From assembly GCA_963743525.1 (NCBI GenBank), contig CAVUQH010000002.1, positions 64,001 to 128,000 on the forward strand: a stretch of DNA of 64,000 nucleotides, in the 5' to 3' direction. Position numbers and translations under genes: made by a program. This document shows positions 1 through 15,521 of this stretch, in pieces. Source of the DNA: an uncultured delta proteobacterium. GTDB lineage: Bacteria > Myxococcota_A > Polyangia > Haliangiales > Haliangiaceae. The notes under the pieces are model-generated. The model was not told the origin of the DNA and made no database searches. It was given only the letters and a program-made list of their open reading frames with translations. The number at the start of each line of letters is the position of its first letter. Position 1 is the first letter of the stretch.

Positions 1-1061
1 GTGGAGATGGCGGCGCCGGCTTGTGCGCCGAGGAGAACGACCTCGTCACCCACGCGCACAGCATCGCCCAGATCGGTGACGTCTACGACCGTAATGTCCA
101 TCGATATTGCGCCGATCACGGGAAAGCGCCGACCGCTGATCAGGGCGCCGGCGCTGCCGGTCAAGCGGCGGGGGAAGCCGTCGGCGTAGCCGACCGGCAG
201 AATGGCCGCACGCGTCGGCCGGCGCGCTGTCCACAGTGCGCCGTAGCCGACGCTGGCACCTTCCGGCAGCGTGCGCAGCTGAACGATCTCGGTGACGAAG
301 CGCATGGCCTGCCGGAGCTGACCGTCGGGCGCCGGCGTGCCGTTGCCATAGACGGCGATCCCGGTGCGCACGCGGTCGCGTCGCGCGGCGGGAAAGCGCA
401 GCGCGCCGGCGCTGTTGGCGGCGTGTACCAGCTGCGGGCGAATACCCAGCGCCGCCAGGTGCGCCAGCGCGGCGTCCAGCCGCGCCAGCTGCTGGTTGGT
501 GGCGCTGTCGGGATCGGACGGATCGTCGGTCTCCGCGCAGGCGAAGTGGGTGGCGATCCCTTCGACGGTGACGCCGTCGTAGTGCGGCACGCGATCGAGC
601 TGGTCGGTGAGCAGCCCGAGCCGACCCATGCCGGTGTCGACCTTGAGGTGCACCGCGATCGCTGCGCCCCGGCGGCGCCCCAGCTGCGACAGTCGCTCGA
701 GGTCGCCCAGATCGCCGATCATGGGAGTGAGGCGGCGCGCGAGGATCTCTTCCTCGCCGCCGGCCAGCGCCGGGCCCATGACCAGGATCGGAAGGTCGAT
801 CCCGGCGGCGCGAAGCTGCGTCCCCTCCTCCACCAGGCTGACCGCGAAGCCGGCGACTCCGGACGCCCCGGCCAGGGCGCGAGCCACAGGGATCGCCCCG
901 TGGCCGTAGGCATCGGCCTTGACCACAGCGTAGAGATCGACGCCGCACGTTCGCGCGACGAGATCGGCATTGTCGCGGACCGCGCCCAGGTCGATCTCGA
1001 CCCGCGTGGGCCGGATGGCGGGGTCGGCGGTCACGACTTCGATTACCGCTGGAGAGCTCAT
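1..1061 (-). CDS. alr: Alanine racemase (3' end runs off window)
   Basis: Manual translation from ATG 1061: [28 protein letters not shown]...[13 protein letters not shown] (PLP lysine motif), later [12 protein letters not shown] and RPGIAVYG. Absent from the ORF track because it has no stop in the window. Confidence 0.93.
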   Translation of the reverse strand, partial: MSSPAVIEVVTADPAIRPTRVEIDLGAVRDNADLVARTCGVDLYAVVKADAYGHGAIPVARALAGASGVAGFAVSLVEEGTQLRAAGIDLPILVMGPALAGGEEEILARRLTPMIGDLGDLERLSQLGRRRGAAIAVHLKVDTGMGRLGLLTDQLDRVPHYDGVTVEGIATHFACAETDDPSDPDSATNQQLARLDAALAHLAALGIRPQLVHAANSAGALRFPAARRDRVRTGIAVYGNGTPAPDGQLRQAMRFVTEIVQLRTLPEGASVGYGALWTARRPTRAAILPVGYADGFPRRLTGSAGALISGRRFPVIGAISMDITVVDVTDLGDAVRVGDEVVLLGAQAGAAIS

Positions 1062-1198
1062 GGCTGTCAAGGAAACGCCCGAGATCTGATGGGAAATTCC
1101 CTCCGAAAACGCGAATACCCGGACCGCAGGGGGACGCGCGGCCGGGTATCGCAGGCGGTGGGAGAGAGTCTGTGGAACGGTCGGCGGGCGAGCGCGCC

Positions 1199-1942
1199 TC
1201 AGGCGGCGCGGCGCTTGTCAACCTTGTCCATCAGCGCGCGGGTGACGACCAGCGAGCGACCGCGCGGAATGATCAGACCGTCGCGGGCGAGCTGGTTGAA
1301 CGCGCGGGAGATGGTCTCGCGGCACGAGCCGATCATGTTGGCCAGCTCCTGCTGCGTCGGGCGGCGCCGAACCAGCATGCCGTCGGGGGCTTCGGTGCCC
1401 TCTTCGTGGGCGAGGCTGACCAGGCGATGGATGAGCCGCTCGTTGACGTCGCACAGCGCCAGCTGGGCGATGCTCTGATCGGCGCGGCGCAGGCGGCGGG
1501 CCATCTCGCCGAGCAGGTTGAGGGCGGTGCGCGGGTGCTGCGACACGTGGCGCAGCAGATCCTCCCGGCCCAGCGCCAGCAGCGTGGTCGGCTCGACGGC
1601 GATGCAGTTGGCCGAGCGATCGCCGCCGTCGAACAGCGACATCTCGCCGAACGAGTCACCGGGACGGAGGACCGACAAGGTCACCTCGCGGCCGTTCTCG
1701 CCGAAGATGACGACCTTCACCCGGCCGGTCATGATGATGAACATCGAATCGCCGGGCTCGTCCTGCGACAGCACGGTGGTCTGCACCGGGACGCGCTTGA
1801 CGGCAATGCGGCCAGTCAGGTCCTCGATGGCCTGAATCGGCAGCGACTGGAACAGCGGCGACCTCGCGATGGCGGCGCGGATGCGCGCCGGGTCTTCGTG
1901 GGTGCCAATACGAGGGTTGGGACGGGCAATGCTAAGGCTCAT
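1199..1942 (-). CDS. Crp/Fnr family transcriptional regulator
   Basis: cNMP-binding domain ([18 protein letters not shown]) and C-terminal HTH ([18 protein letters not shown]). GAGGAG RBS upstream of ATG 1942. Confidence 0.92.
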   Translation of the reverse strand: MSLSIARPNPRIGTHEDPARIRAAIARSPLFQSLPIQAIEDLTGRIAVKRVPVQTTVLSQDEPGDSMFIIMTGRVKVVIFGENGREVTLSVLRPGDSFGEMSLFDGGDRSANCIAVEPTTLLALGREDLLRHVSQHPRTALNLLGEMARRLRRADQSIAQLALCDVNERLIHRLVSLAHEEGTEAPDGMLVRRRPTQQELANMIGSCRETISRAFNQLARDGLIIPRGRSLVVTRALMDKVDKRRAA

Positions 1943-2014
1943 AGACAAGACTCTCTCCTCTCCAGGTGCGGGGGGGCTGGAACGGCCAGTCTTCGCTGGA
2001 CTGCGCTTCAGATG

Positions 2015-2030
2015 TGCAAGGAGGGTGCCG
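2015..2030 (-). promoter_or_regulatory. Putative sigma54 -24/-12 promoter of the Crp gene
   Basis: Minus strand CGGCACC-CTCC-TTGCA, matching GG-N10-GC spacing. Confidence 0.6.
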
Positions 2031-2094
2031 AAGCGGGGTGGATCACGCCTCTTACGAGAAATCGCGCGGTTAGGTATCACCCGGGTCCAGTGGA

Positions 2095-2153
2095 TGTGAC
2101 CTGGGTTTCACATGGGGAGAACGGACCGCGGCGCCCATGTCGTGGTCGTCACA
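2095..2153. promoter_or_regulatory. Two Crp-box-like sites
   Basis: TGTGA-N8-TCACA at 2095-2112 and TGTCG-N6-TCACA at 2138-2153, in the crp/thiS divergent region. Confidence 0.4.
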
Positions 2154-2206
2154 GTAACCTGCGCTGCCCGCACACCCTCCGCACAGTTGTGCTAGGTTCC
2201 TGGCGC

Positions 2207-2419
2207 TTGGCCGATCCCCTCGAAATCATTGTGAACGGACAGCCTCGGACGATCGCTGCAGGCTCCACGGTCGCCGATCTCCTGCGCGAGCTCGGCATGG
2301 ATGACCGGCCGGTGGCCGTCGAGCGCAACCGCGACGTGGTGCCGCGGGCGGAGCACGCCGATTGCCGGCTCGAGGATGGGGACCGACTCGAGCTCGTGAC
2401 GTTTGTCGGGGGTGGATAG
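2207..2419 (+). CDS. thiS: Sulfur carrier protein ThiS
   Basis: IIVNGQ...[12 protein letters not shown]...[15 protein letters not shown]-terminal GG, directly upstream of thiG. TTG start inferred. Confidence 0.92.
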   Translation: MADPLEIIVNGQPRTIAAGSTVADLLRELGMDDRPVAVERNRDVVPRAEHADCRLEDGDRLELVTFVGGG

Positions 2420-2484
2420 CCCCCATCGAGGTGGGCGCCCCTCGGCGGCGCGCCGGCCCGCAGCCTGAGGTAAGACACGCCATC

Positions 2485-3266
<782 letters not shown>

Positions 3267-3270
<4 letters not shown>

Positions 3271-3878
3271 CCCGCGCGCTGCCGCCGCACTACCTGATCA
3301 CCGACCGGCGCCTCGCCGGCGGCGTCAACGCGCTGGTCGCCCGGGTGCGCGCGGCGCTGGCGGCGCTGCCCGAAGGCGGCGCCCTGGTGCAGCTGCGCGA
3401 AAAAGATCTGTCGGGCCGCGAGCTCGTCGCCCTGGCCCGTGCACTGCTCGCGGTGACCGGCGCGCGCGGCTGCCCACTGCTGATCAACGACCGCGTCAAC
3501 GTCGCCCTCGCCGTCGGCGCCGACGGTGTCCACCTGCCCGAAGCCGGCCTGCCGATCGCCGACGCCCGCGCCCTGCTGGGACCCACGGCGATCATCGGCG
3601 CCTCGACTCACTCCATCGACGCCGCCCGTGCCGCGGCGTCCGCCGGCGCGGATCTGGTGGTGTTCGGACCGATCTGGCCGACCCCATCCAAGCCCGGCGC
3701 TGTCGGCGTCGGCCTCGACGCGTTGTCGGCCGCCGCCACTGCCGCCCAACCAACCCCACTCTACGCCCTCGGCGGCATCGACAGCCCCGACCGCATCACC
3801 GCCGCCCGCACCGCCGGCGCCCATGGCACCGCCACCGTCCGATACTGGCGATACTGGCGATACTGGGGACGCTCTTAA
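3267..3878 (+). CDS. thiE: Thiamine phosphate synthase (atypical C-terminus)
   Basis: [47 protein letters not shown] start overlaps the thiG stop. Confidence 0.88.
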
Positions 3879-4023
3879 GTTTCTAAGCAACTTCTCCAAC
3901 AAATCCATGGCGTTGCCCGACATGACTCAATCCGGGCGGAGTCATTTTCGGCAAGGCGCGAGAATCGTTGGAGATCGAACTTAGAAACTTAAGATCGTCC
4001 CCGGTCCAATACTGGCGACGCTC
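3841..4023. repeat. REP/REPIN-like long imperfect palindrome with flanking short repeats
   Basis: 24/26-nt inverted repeats at 3862-3887 and 3980-4005 with further internal pairing. GATACTGGC tandem x3 from 3841 (third copy imperfect). Confidence 0.75.
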
Positions 4024-4941
4024 CTAGACCAGCTCGGCGATCCAGCGGTCGGCGCCCTCGATGTGGGCGAGGCGGATGTCGTCGGGCGGAGCTTCGGCGG
4101 CGACGGCTTCCTTGAGCCTTTTCTGCACGTCGGACTCCTCGCCCTGCAGCGTCTTCAGACCGGCCTGGTTGGACGCCTCGACGCTGCCATCGGTGCCCAG
4201 CACGAAGGCCGGTCCTTGCTTCTGCTCGAGCAGGAAGACCAGCACCGAGCGGTCGGCCAGCTGCTTGGCCCCGGGCTCGTCGGCCCATCGGCGCAGCGCG
4301 CGTGCATCGAGCAGGTCGTCGACACCGGCCATGATTCGCTCGAGCTCGGCCGGCGCGGGAATCCGCTTGCACCGCCGGTAGCGATCGCCGGCGCGCGCGG
4401 CCTCGAGCACCGCGGCCACCTCGTGCAGCGGATTGATCAGGCGAGCGCGGGCGCGGCGCACCGCCGCCAGCCCCCAGGCAAACGAGATCGCGCCGAGGAA
4501 CACCGCCGCCCACGCGCTGGCGTAGCCCAGCCGGGTCGCCTCGTCGTCGCCGCGAATCACCGCCCCGCGGTTGACGTTGCCGACGTCGCGCAGCGACTGG
4601 ATCACGTCGTCGCGCGCGGCGATCTCCCCCGACAGCGCCGCGTTCATCTGCGTGCGCACCTCGGAAAGGCTGGCGCGCTCGCTGTCCTCGGTGATGTTGC
4701 CCTCGGCCCGCTTCAGCGCGGCCTCGAACTGTAGCCGCTCGCCGTCGGTTGCCGGCCCGTGGGCAATCACCGCCAGCATCTCTTCGGTTGCCTCCAGCGA
4801 GTAGACGTTCTCGGACATGATCCGCTCGATGGTGGGCGCCGTCCGGGCCAGCAGCGCGACCGTCCCGGCGCTGGTCAGGACGACGATCGCCATCAGGACG
4901 ATCAGCGGCAACAGCACGTCGCGGCGCAGCTCGCGGGTCAC
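4024..4941 (-). CDS. Two-TM sensor-like protein (helical periplasmic domain, HAMP-like, PAS-like fragment; no kinase domain)
   Basis: TM-periplasmic helical region-TM, then LINPLHEV HAMP-like and PAFVLGTDGSVEASNQAG PAS-like segments. GTG start overlaps the ktrA stop. Confidence 0.6.
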   Translation of the reverse strand: MTRELRRDVLLPLIVLMAIVVLTSAGTVALLARTAPTIERIMSENVYSLEATEEMLAVIAHGPATDGERLQFEAALKRAEGNITEDSERASLSEVRTQMNAALSGEIAARDDVIQSLRDVGNVNRGAVIRGDDEATRLGYASAWAAVFLGAISFAWGLAAVRRARARLINPLHEVAAVLEAARAGDRYRRCKRIPAPAELERIMAGVDDLLDARALRRWADEPGAKQLADRSVLVFLLEQKQGPAFVLGTDGSVEASNQAGLKTLQGEESDVQKRLKEAVAAEAPPDDIRLAHIEGADRWIAELV

Positions 4942-5594
4942 GATACCTTCTCCAGGAACTGGCTGACCTTGCCCGGCCGCGACACCAGCACCAGGGCGTC
5001 GCCCTCCTGCACCTGGGTGTCGCCGTGCGGCAGGATCACCTCCTCGCCGCGGCGAATCGCCGCCACCGTCAGCTCGTGTTTGCGCGGCAGGTCGAGCGAT
5101 GCCAGCGCGTGACCGACGCACGACGACGGCGCCATGACGTCGGTGACGACCAGCTGCCCGGCCAGGGTCAGCTCGTCGCGAACGCCGTCGTAGGTGACGC
5201 GCATCGCCACCCGCTGGCCGACGATGCTGTCCGGGTTGACCACCTCGTGGGCGCCGATCAGCCCGAGGATCCGCTCGTGCAGCGGGTCGGTGGCGCGGGC
5301 CAGCACCCGTTTGGCCCCCAGCTGGCGCAGCAGCGCCGTGCAGATGATCGACGACTCGCGCGACTCGTCACCGATGGCACAGATGCAGACGTCGCGCCTC
5401 TCCGGCGCCAGCGCTCCCAGCTGGCTCTCGTCGGTGGCGTCGATACACGACACCGACGCCGCCAGCTCGGTCGCCGCCCGCACCTTCTCTTTGCTCTTGT
5501 CGACGGCGATGACCTCGACGTCCATGTGCGACAGCGACCGCACCAGCGAGATGCCGAACTGTCCCAATCCGATGACCAGTACCTGTTTGGACAT
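4938..5594 (-). CDS. ktrA: TrkA/KtrA family K+ uptake regulatory (RCK) subunit
   Basis: VIGLGQFG Rossmann motif, TrkA_N plus TrkA_C (VAAIRRG...PHGDT). Confidence 0.88.
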   Translation of the reverse strand: MSKQVLVIGLGQFGISLVRSLSHMDVEVIAVDKSKEKVRAATELAASVSCIDATDESQLGALAPERRDVCICAIGDESRESSIICTALLRQLGAKRVLARATDPLHERILGLIGAHEVVNPDSIVGQRVAMRVTYDGVRDELTLAGQLVVTDVMAPSSCVGHALASLDLPRKHELTVAAIRRGEEVILPHGDTQVQEGDALVLVSRPGKVSQFLEKVS

Positions 5595-5596
5595 GG

Positions 5597-7612
<2,016 letters not shown>

Positions 7613-7710
7613 GGTCGGGGCAGCCTACGCCCGCGGGCCACCCGGCGGCAAGTCACCGCCGGGTCGAGCGGCGATTCCGCCCCGGGGAGAACGACGGGGC
7701 GCGCGCTCGA

Positions 7711-10551
<2,841 letters not shown>

Positions 10552-10564
10552 GATTGCGTGTAGG

Positions 10565-11455
10565 ATGATGGGTGAGGCGTTGACGGATGACAAGGACACG
10601 CTCCTTCGTGAGCTGGTCAGGGCCCTGCCGCCGGAGTCGGTTGCCGCCGCTCCCGAGGCGGCAGCGTTGCTCGAGCGCGGCTACCTCGAGGGACGCGCCC
10701 GCTGGTCGCTCGAGCTGACCGCGGCCGCCTTCGCCCGGCACGTGGCCGGGGTGCTTCCGGGCGAGGCCGGCGCCGAGCTGCTCGAGCGCTTGCGCCTACC
10801 CGACCTGTACCTGGCGTGCGCCTGCGCCGAAGGGGTGGCCGGCGCGGTCGACGCCATCGAGGCCGCCTTCTTCGGCGAGCTGGATCCGGCGCTGCGGCAG
10901 ATGGGCGCGTCGCCGTCGGCCGTGCAGGAGATCAAGCAGCGCGTGCGCGACACGCTGTTCGTCGGCCCCGACCCGCGCATCCGCGGCTACTCCGGCCGCG
11001 GCGATCTGCGCGCGTGGTTGCGTTCGGTCGCCGTGCGCCAGGCGCTCAAGACCATGCGCGACGATCGACGCGGCGGGCCGGCGGCCGGCGAAGACGCGCT
11101 GAGCGCCGTCGCCGACGACGCCGACGACCCCGCGCTCGAGCACCTCAAGGCGACCTACGCGGGCGAGTTCAACCGCGCGCTGACCGACGCCCTGACCAGC
11201 CTGTCGCCGCGCGAGCGCACCGTGCTCAAACAGAGCTACCTCGACGGCCTCAGCATCGACGAGATCGGCGCACTCTACCGGGTCCACCGCGCCACCGCGG
11301 CCCGCTGGATCGCGCGGGCCCGCGAGGTGCTGATGGACGAGACCCGCGACCTCCTGGTCACCCGCCTGCAGCTGACCGCCAGCGAGGTGGGCAGCGTCGC
11401 GCGACTGGTGGCCAGTCAGCTCGACGTCAGCCTGTCGCGGTTGCTCGGCGCGTAG
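10565..11455 (+). CDS. ECF sigma factor, myxobacterial sigma-70 type
   Basis: DLYLACAC, YSGRGDLRAWL, region 4 LSPRERTVL...DGLSIDEIGALYRVHRATAARW, SQLDVSLSRLL. Confidence 0.85.
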   Translation: MMGEALTDDKDTLLRELVRALPPESVAAAPEAAALLERGYLEGRARWSLELTAAAFARHVAGVLPGEAGAELLERLRLPDLYLACACAEGVAGAVDAIEAAFFGELDPALRQMGASPSAVQEIKQRVRDTLFVGPDPRIRGYSGRGDLRAWLRSVAVRQALKTMRDDRRGGPAAGEDALSAVADDADDPALEHLKATYAGEFNRALTDALTSLSPRERTVLKQSYLDGLSIDEIGALYRVHRATAARWIARAREVLMDETRDLLVTRLQLTASEVGSVARLVASQLDVSLSRLLGA

Positions 11456-11457
11456 GG

Positions 11458-12222
11458 TCACGGCGCGTACCAGACGAAGCCGACCGAGGTCTCGAGCAGG
11501 CCGCGCACGCTGCTGGCGACGCCGCCCTCGCTGCCGATGAAGAAGTTGGTGCTGTTGCCGTCGTTGACCAGGGTCAGGCCGGCGCTGAGCTTGGCCGTCA
11601 TGCCCAGGTTGGGCAGACCGAGGAAGCCGAGCCGGACCTCGGTGCCCAGGTTGAATCGGCCGTCGAGCAGCATCTGCGTCGGGTCGTCGGTGCCGGCCAC
11701 GCCGTCGTTGGTGACCACGACCAGGAGCGACGCCTGCGGCTCCCAGAAGACCGACATGTGCTTGTAGATGCCGAACGCCCGCAGGTAGCCGAACGTGCCG
11801 CCGAACGCGGTGGTCGACGGCTGCGGATCGGCGCCCTGCTGGGTGAACATGAACAGCGCACCGGCCTCGAGCCCGGTGTCGCGCGAGCCCCAGCGGCGCA
11901 CGCCGACCATCGGCAGAGTCACACCAGCGCCCAGCGGCGCGAACGCGGGGGCGTCGGCGACCTGAAAGCCCCACGCGCCGACGGTGCCGTCGTGGTCGGT
12001 CGTCCCGGCGGTGGCCGACGCAGCCGGCGCAGCGTTGGCCTCGGCCACGCGCGCCACGTGCAGCCCTTCGGGCTTGGGCGCCGGCGCCGGGGCGGGTTGG
12101 TCGTCGCCGTACAGCGGATCGTCGCCGTCGAGCGGCTCGTCGGCCGGCTGCGCCACGGCGACGCGGACCATGAACAGGGGCGCGAGCGCGCCCAGGAGGA
12201 GGGACAGGGTGATGGAACGCAT
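11458..12222 (-). CDS. Secreted, probable outer-membrane beta-barrel protein
   Basis: Signal peptide MRSITLSLLLG..., amphipathic beta strands, C-terminal VGFVWY. The track ORF fuses it to the upstream frameshifted gene. Confidence 0.6.
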   Translation of the reverse strand: MRSITLSLLLGALAPLFMVRVAVAQPADEPLDGDDPLYGDDQPAPAPAPKPEGLHVARVAEANAAPAASATAGTTDHDGTVGAWGFQVADAPAFAPLGAGVTLPMVGVRRWGSRDTGLEAGALFMFTQQGADPQPSTTAFGGTFGYLRAFGIYKHMSVFWEPQASLLVVVTNDGVAGTDDPTQMLLDGRFNLGTEVRLGFLGLPNLGMTAKLSAGLTLVNDGNSTNFFIGSEGGVASSVRGLLETSVGFVWYAP

Positions 12223-12248
12223 GATGGTGAGTGCCTTTCTCGGTTGGT

Positions 12249-13110
12249 TCAGTTGGTGGGAGTGCACAGCCCGATGGCCGGCTGATAGGAGGTGGGGACA
12301 CAGGTCTCGGTCGCGGCGCAGCGCAGCGGATCCTGCTGGTTGGGGTAGCTGCTGGCGTCGCAGTAGGCGCGACAGATGCCGTTGTTGAGGTCGCAGCCGA
12401 GGGTGGCCGCGCAGTCGTTGGGATAGCTGCAGCTGGCGCCCTTGCTGCCCGGGCCCGCGGGAACGCACGCCTGGGTCGCCGCGTCGATGGCGTAGCAGCC
12501 GTCGTTGCCGCTGCAGCTCGGCGCCAGCACGTTGCACGACGCCAGGCAGTAGGCGTAGCCGTCGGAGAACGGCACGCACGCCCCGCTGCTGCAGCCGTAG
12601 CCGGTGCCGTCGCAGTGCCGCCGGCAGAGATCGAGGATGCAGGCTCCGGCGCCCTGGCAACTGTCGGCCTGGTTGGGCACGAAGCTGCAGCTCGCGCCGA
12701 CCGGGATCGAATCCGTCGAGGTAACAGCCGACGGTGCTGTTGAAGCCGTCGGTGACCACCGAGCAGTGCTCGCCCGCGGGACAGCCGGTCTGGTAGACCG
12801 GGTCACAGGCGCCGCCCGTCGGCGCCGCGTCGGGGAACGACGGCGGCGCACCGGCATCCGGCCAGCTCGGCGGCTCGACCGTGCCGTCGCCGCCGTCGGG
12901 AGGGTCGTTGGTGTTGTCGTTACCGCCGCCGGAGTCGCCACCGCCGGGACCGGTGCAGATGCCGCCCTGGCAGGTGAGCCCGGAGTCGCACGGCTGGCCG
13001 CCGATCTGCCGGCAGGCGCCGCCGGCCGAGCCGGGCGCCGCGGCGCCACCGTGGCAGGCGGCCGAGAGGAGGATGATGAGGAAGGTCGAGGGGGGGATCG
13101 AGCGGGTCAT
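12249..13110 (-). pseudogene. Cys-rich lipoprotein, frameshifted at ~12711 (possibly sequencing error)
   Basis: Lipobox LSAAC and Cys-rich repeats up to VGCYLDG, continuing in another frame as SIPVGASC...GLCTPTN. Removing one base restores the frame. Confidence 0.7.
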
Positions 13111-13119
13111 GATTGCTCC

Positions 13120-14436
13120 TTACAGGCGGTAGGGACCAATCTGGCGCAGGTTGGAGGCGCCGGCGTCGCGGCCGAACACGCGCACCACACGCCCGGCCGC
13201 GACGCCGGCGCCGTCGGCGCGGCGATAGAGGATGTCGACCACCTCGCCGCGCTGGATCTCGCGGGCGTCGGCCAGCGGCACGCGCACGCGTCCGCGCCGG
13301 CGGCTCTCGGGCGAGCTGAGGATCAAGGTCGCCTCGTCGCCGTCGCGCTCGATCGTCTGCACGACCTCGCGGTGCCGGCGCACCGGCAGACGCACGGTGG
13401 CCGGCCGCGACCGCGGCGGCGCGACACCGGCGCCGTTGGGCTGACCGGTCAGATCGAGCGGCGGCGGGTCACCGAAGCGGTCGCGCAGTGCCTGCGGATC
13501 CGCGGCCTGCTTGCGCGCGGCGTCGTACGCGGCGTAGCGGGCCCGCTCGTCGTTCATGGCGTCGGCGACCGCGGCGTGCAGCGCATACGCCAGCCGCGAG
13601 CGATCGGGAACGGCGTGCAGCAGCGCGCGCTCGGTCTGCGCGGTGAGCGGATCGTCCAGGGCATCGGCGACCCGGGCGATCAGCGCCGCGGCCTCGCGCG
13701 GCACCCGCTGGCCCAGGCACTCCACCGTCGTGCCACCCAGCAGCCGGCACGACTCCACGTACTGTTGCCGCAGCGCTTCGAGGCGCAGCCGGTGACTCAG
13801 GTTGAAGGTGTCGTTGGCCAGCGCGCCGTCAACCTCGTCGCGCAGCGCACGCCACGCGCGCAGCTGCGACTCGAGCTCGTAGCCGGCGGCGCGCCAGCGG
13901 TGGCGCGTCTTCTGCACCGGGGCGACATAGACCCGCTTCCAGCGCACGTCGAGCCGCGGCACGACGGCCAGCAGATGCTTGCGCGCCGCCTGCACCCGCT
14001 GCATGAACCGCCGCTGGATCGCGCGCGGCACCCGCAGCGACAGCACCCGCGACGTCACCGCATCGACATCCAGCGAGCGTGCCAGCTCGTACCGCGTCGC
14101 CGCCGCCCCGGGGAGGAACGGCAGCACGTCGCCGCGCGCCCCGGTCGCATACCAGCAGGCGCCCGAGCGATGACAACTGGCCAGCACCACCGCGGCCAGG
14201 AACGGATTCGGCCGCTCCTCGTCGAAGCGCGCGTAGACCATCTGATAGCCGCGCGCCGACACCGGCCGGCAGGCGATCGCTCGCACCGCGTCCTCGGCAG
14301 TGCGTGCCCGCTCCAGAGGTACCGCGCCGTCGCAACCAACCGACGGTGCGGCCGCGGGCACCGCCCGCCTGTCCCCCGCCGGCGGCGCGTGACATCCCCC
14401 CACCAGCGCCAGTACCAGCGTGCCGACTTTCCACAT
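13120..14436 (-). CDS. Hypothetical lipoprotein
   Basis: Lipobox-like LALVGGC, long ORF, no recognised domain. Confidence 0.5.
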   Translation of the reverse strand: MWKVGTLVLALVGGCHAPPAGDRRAVPAAAPSVGCDGAVPLERARTAEDAVRAIACRPVSARGYQMVYARFDEERPNPFLAAVVLASCHRSGACWYATGARGDVLPFLPGAAATRYELARSLDVDAVTSRVLSLRVPRAIQRRFMQRVQAARKHLLAVVPRLDVRWKRVYVAPVQKTRHRWRAAGYELESQLRAWRALRDEVDGALANDTFNLSHRLRLEALRQQYVESCRLLGGTTVECLGQRVPREAAALIARVADALDDPLTAQTERALLHAVPDRSRLAYALHAAVADAMNDERARYAAYDAARKQAADPQALRDRFGDPPPLDLTGQPNGAGVAPPRSRPATVRLPVRRHREVVQTIERDGDEATLILSSPESRRRGRVRVPLADAREIQRGEVVDILYRRADGAGVAAGRVVRVFGRDAGASNLRQIGPYRL

Positions 14437-14576
14437 GTCCACGAGTGCCTCCAGGGTCAGGCGGGCCGTGCGCCCGCGTCGCACAGCCCAGTACCCACAC
14501 CCGGCGACATGTCGCAGAAAAAGATCCGACCACTGCACGGTGGGGCCGCACTGGCCCTCAGGACCGTGCGCAGCGG

Positions 14577-15197
14577 TCAATGAATGCTCGTCGACGCACC
14601 TCCATCAGCGCGCGCCGCGGGCATCCGGCGCGGCCCCAACACCACCAGTGCGACCCGGCCCGACGGCTTCCACTCGGCGATGAATCCATCGACCGGGCGC
14701 ACCCGCAGGCCACGCGCAGGATCGACCGTGACCACCCGCCGCCGGTCCGCGTTCCAGCCGAGGACGATCTCGTAGTGAGCAAAGCCGCGCCGATTGCTGT
14801 GCGGCTCCACCAGCCCGACGATGACCGGGCGGCGTCCGGCCAACTCACGGCGCAAATCGGTCACCGTGCCGGCAACCAGGAACGCGCGCAGGCCGCGCTG
14901 CCTGAGCGCATCGCGCAACCTGCCCGCGCGAACCCCGCGGCCCGACCGCGGTGGCGCCAGCGACCACGCCTCGGCCAGTGAGACCGGACGGTCCCAATAG
15001 CGAAGCATGCTCGCCAGCACCGCCGGCCCGCAGTCGTCGGCAGAGCGCTGGCGCACCACCGGAACCCCGCGCGCCGCCACCCAGCCGGGTTGTCGATCCA
15101 GCCGGGCGGCGTCGAAATCGCGCGCGCTCCCCGTGTAGTGGACGCAGGCGCCCGCGGCGATCACCAACAGCGCGATGGCGGCGCGGCGAAGCATCAC
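14577..15197 (-). CDS. Lipoprotein C39-family cysteine peptidase
   Basis: Lipobox IAAGAC, QRSADDCGPAVL (Gln...Cys), AHYEIV (His), VDPARG (Asp). No ABC domain. Confidence 0.85.
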   Translation of the reverse strand: MMLRRAAIALLVIAAGACVHYTGSARDFDAARLDRQPGWVAARGVPVVRQRSADDCGPAVLASMLRYWDRPVSLAEAWSLAPPRSGRGVRAGRLRDALRQRGLRAFLVAGTVTDLRRELAGRRPVIVGLVEPHSNRRGFAHYEIVLGWNADRRRVVTVDPARGLRVRPVDGFIAEWKPSGRVALVVLGPRRMPAARADGGASTSIH

Positions 15198-15481
15198 TAG
15201 GCCAGCAAGATCACCAGAAGGATCAGCACCAGCACGCCCGAGGACGTCAGGATGAGCACGGTGTGCCCGCCCTCGAACTGCTCGAGCTTGTCGCCCGCGC
15301 GCTGCTCGCGTTGGCGATAGCTCTGCCCGACATCACGCGATGCCGGCGTCGGCGCCGAGCGATCCGGGCGCGCGTCAGTCCGAGTAGCAACCACCGCTGG
15401 CGCCGCCTGCGCGGCCGTACCAGCAAGTCCAACGAGTGAGAACGCCACTGCCAGGGTCAGCAGTCGCAGAATGCGTTTCAT
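15197..15481 (-). CDS. Small secreted protein with double-Gly motif and C-terminal hydrophobic tail (PA2779-like)
   Basis: AGGAGG RBS, signal peptide ending AQA, LEQFEGG then 22 mostly hydrophobic residues. Its stop overlaps the C39 start. Confidence 0.75.
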   Translation of the reverse strand: MKRILRLLTLAVAFSLVGLAGTAAQAAPAVVATRTDARPDRSAPTPASRDVGQSYRQREQRAGDKLEQFEGGHTVLILTSSGVLVLILLVILLA

Positions 15482-15505
15482 AGAAACCTCCTGCGCCGTT
15501 TCTGC

Positions 15506-15521
15506 TGCAACCACCGTTCCG
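15506..15521 (-). promoter_or_regulatory. Putative sigma54 promoter
   Basis: Minus strand CGGAACG-GTGG-TTGCA (GG-N10-GC), about 25 nt upstream of ATG 15481. Confidence 0.55.

Noticed and set aside
21..1478. Long + strand ORF and many other long Arg/Ala/Pro-rich ORFs in the track
   Set aside because: Antisense or off-frame shadows of real genes in high-GC DNA; here the real genes are alr and crp on the minus strand.
1943..2206. TPP riboswitch upstream of thiS
   Set aside because: Conserved TPP aptamer motifs were not recognisable; an Rfam scan would settle it.
11458..13110. Single 550-aa ORF
   Set aside because: Chimera caused by the frameshift at ~12711; it represents two separate genes.
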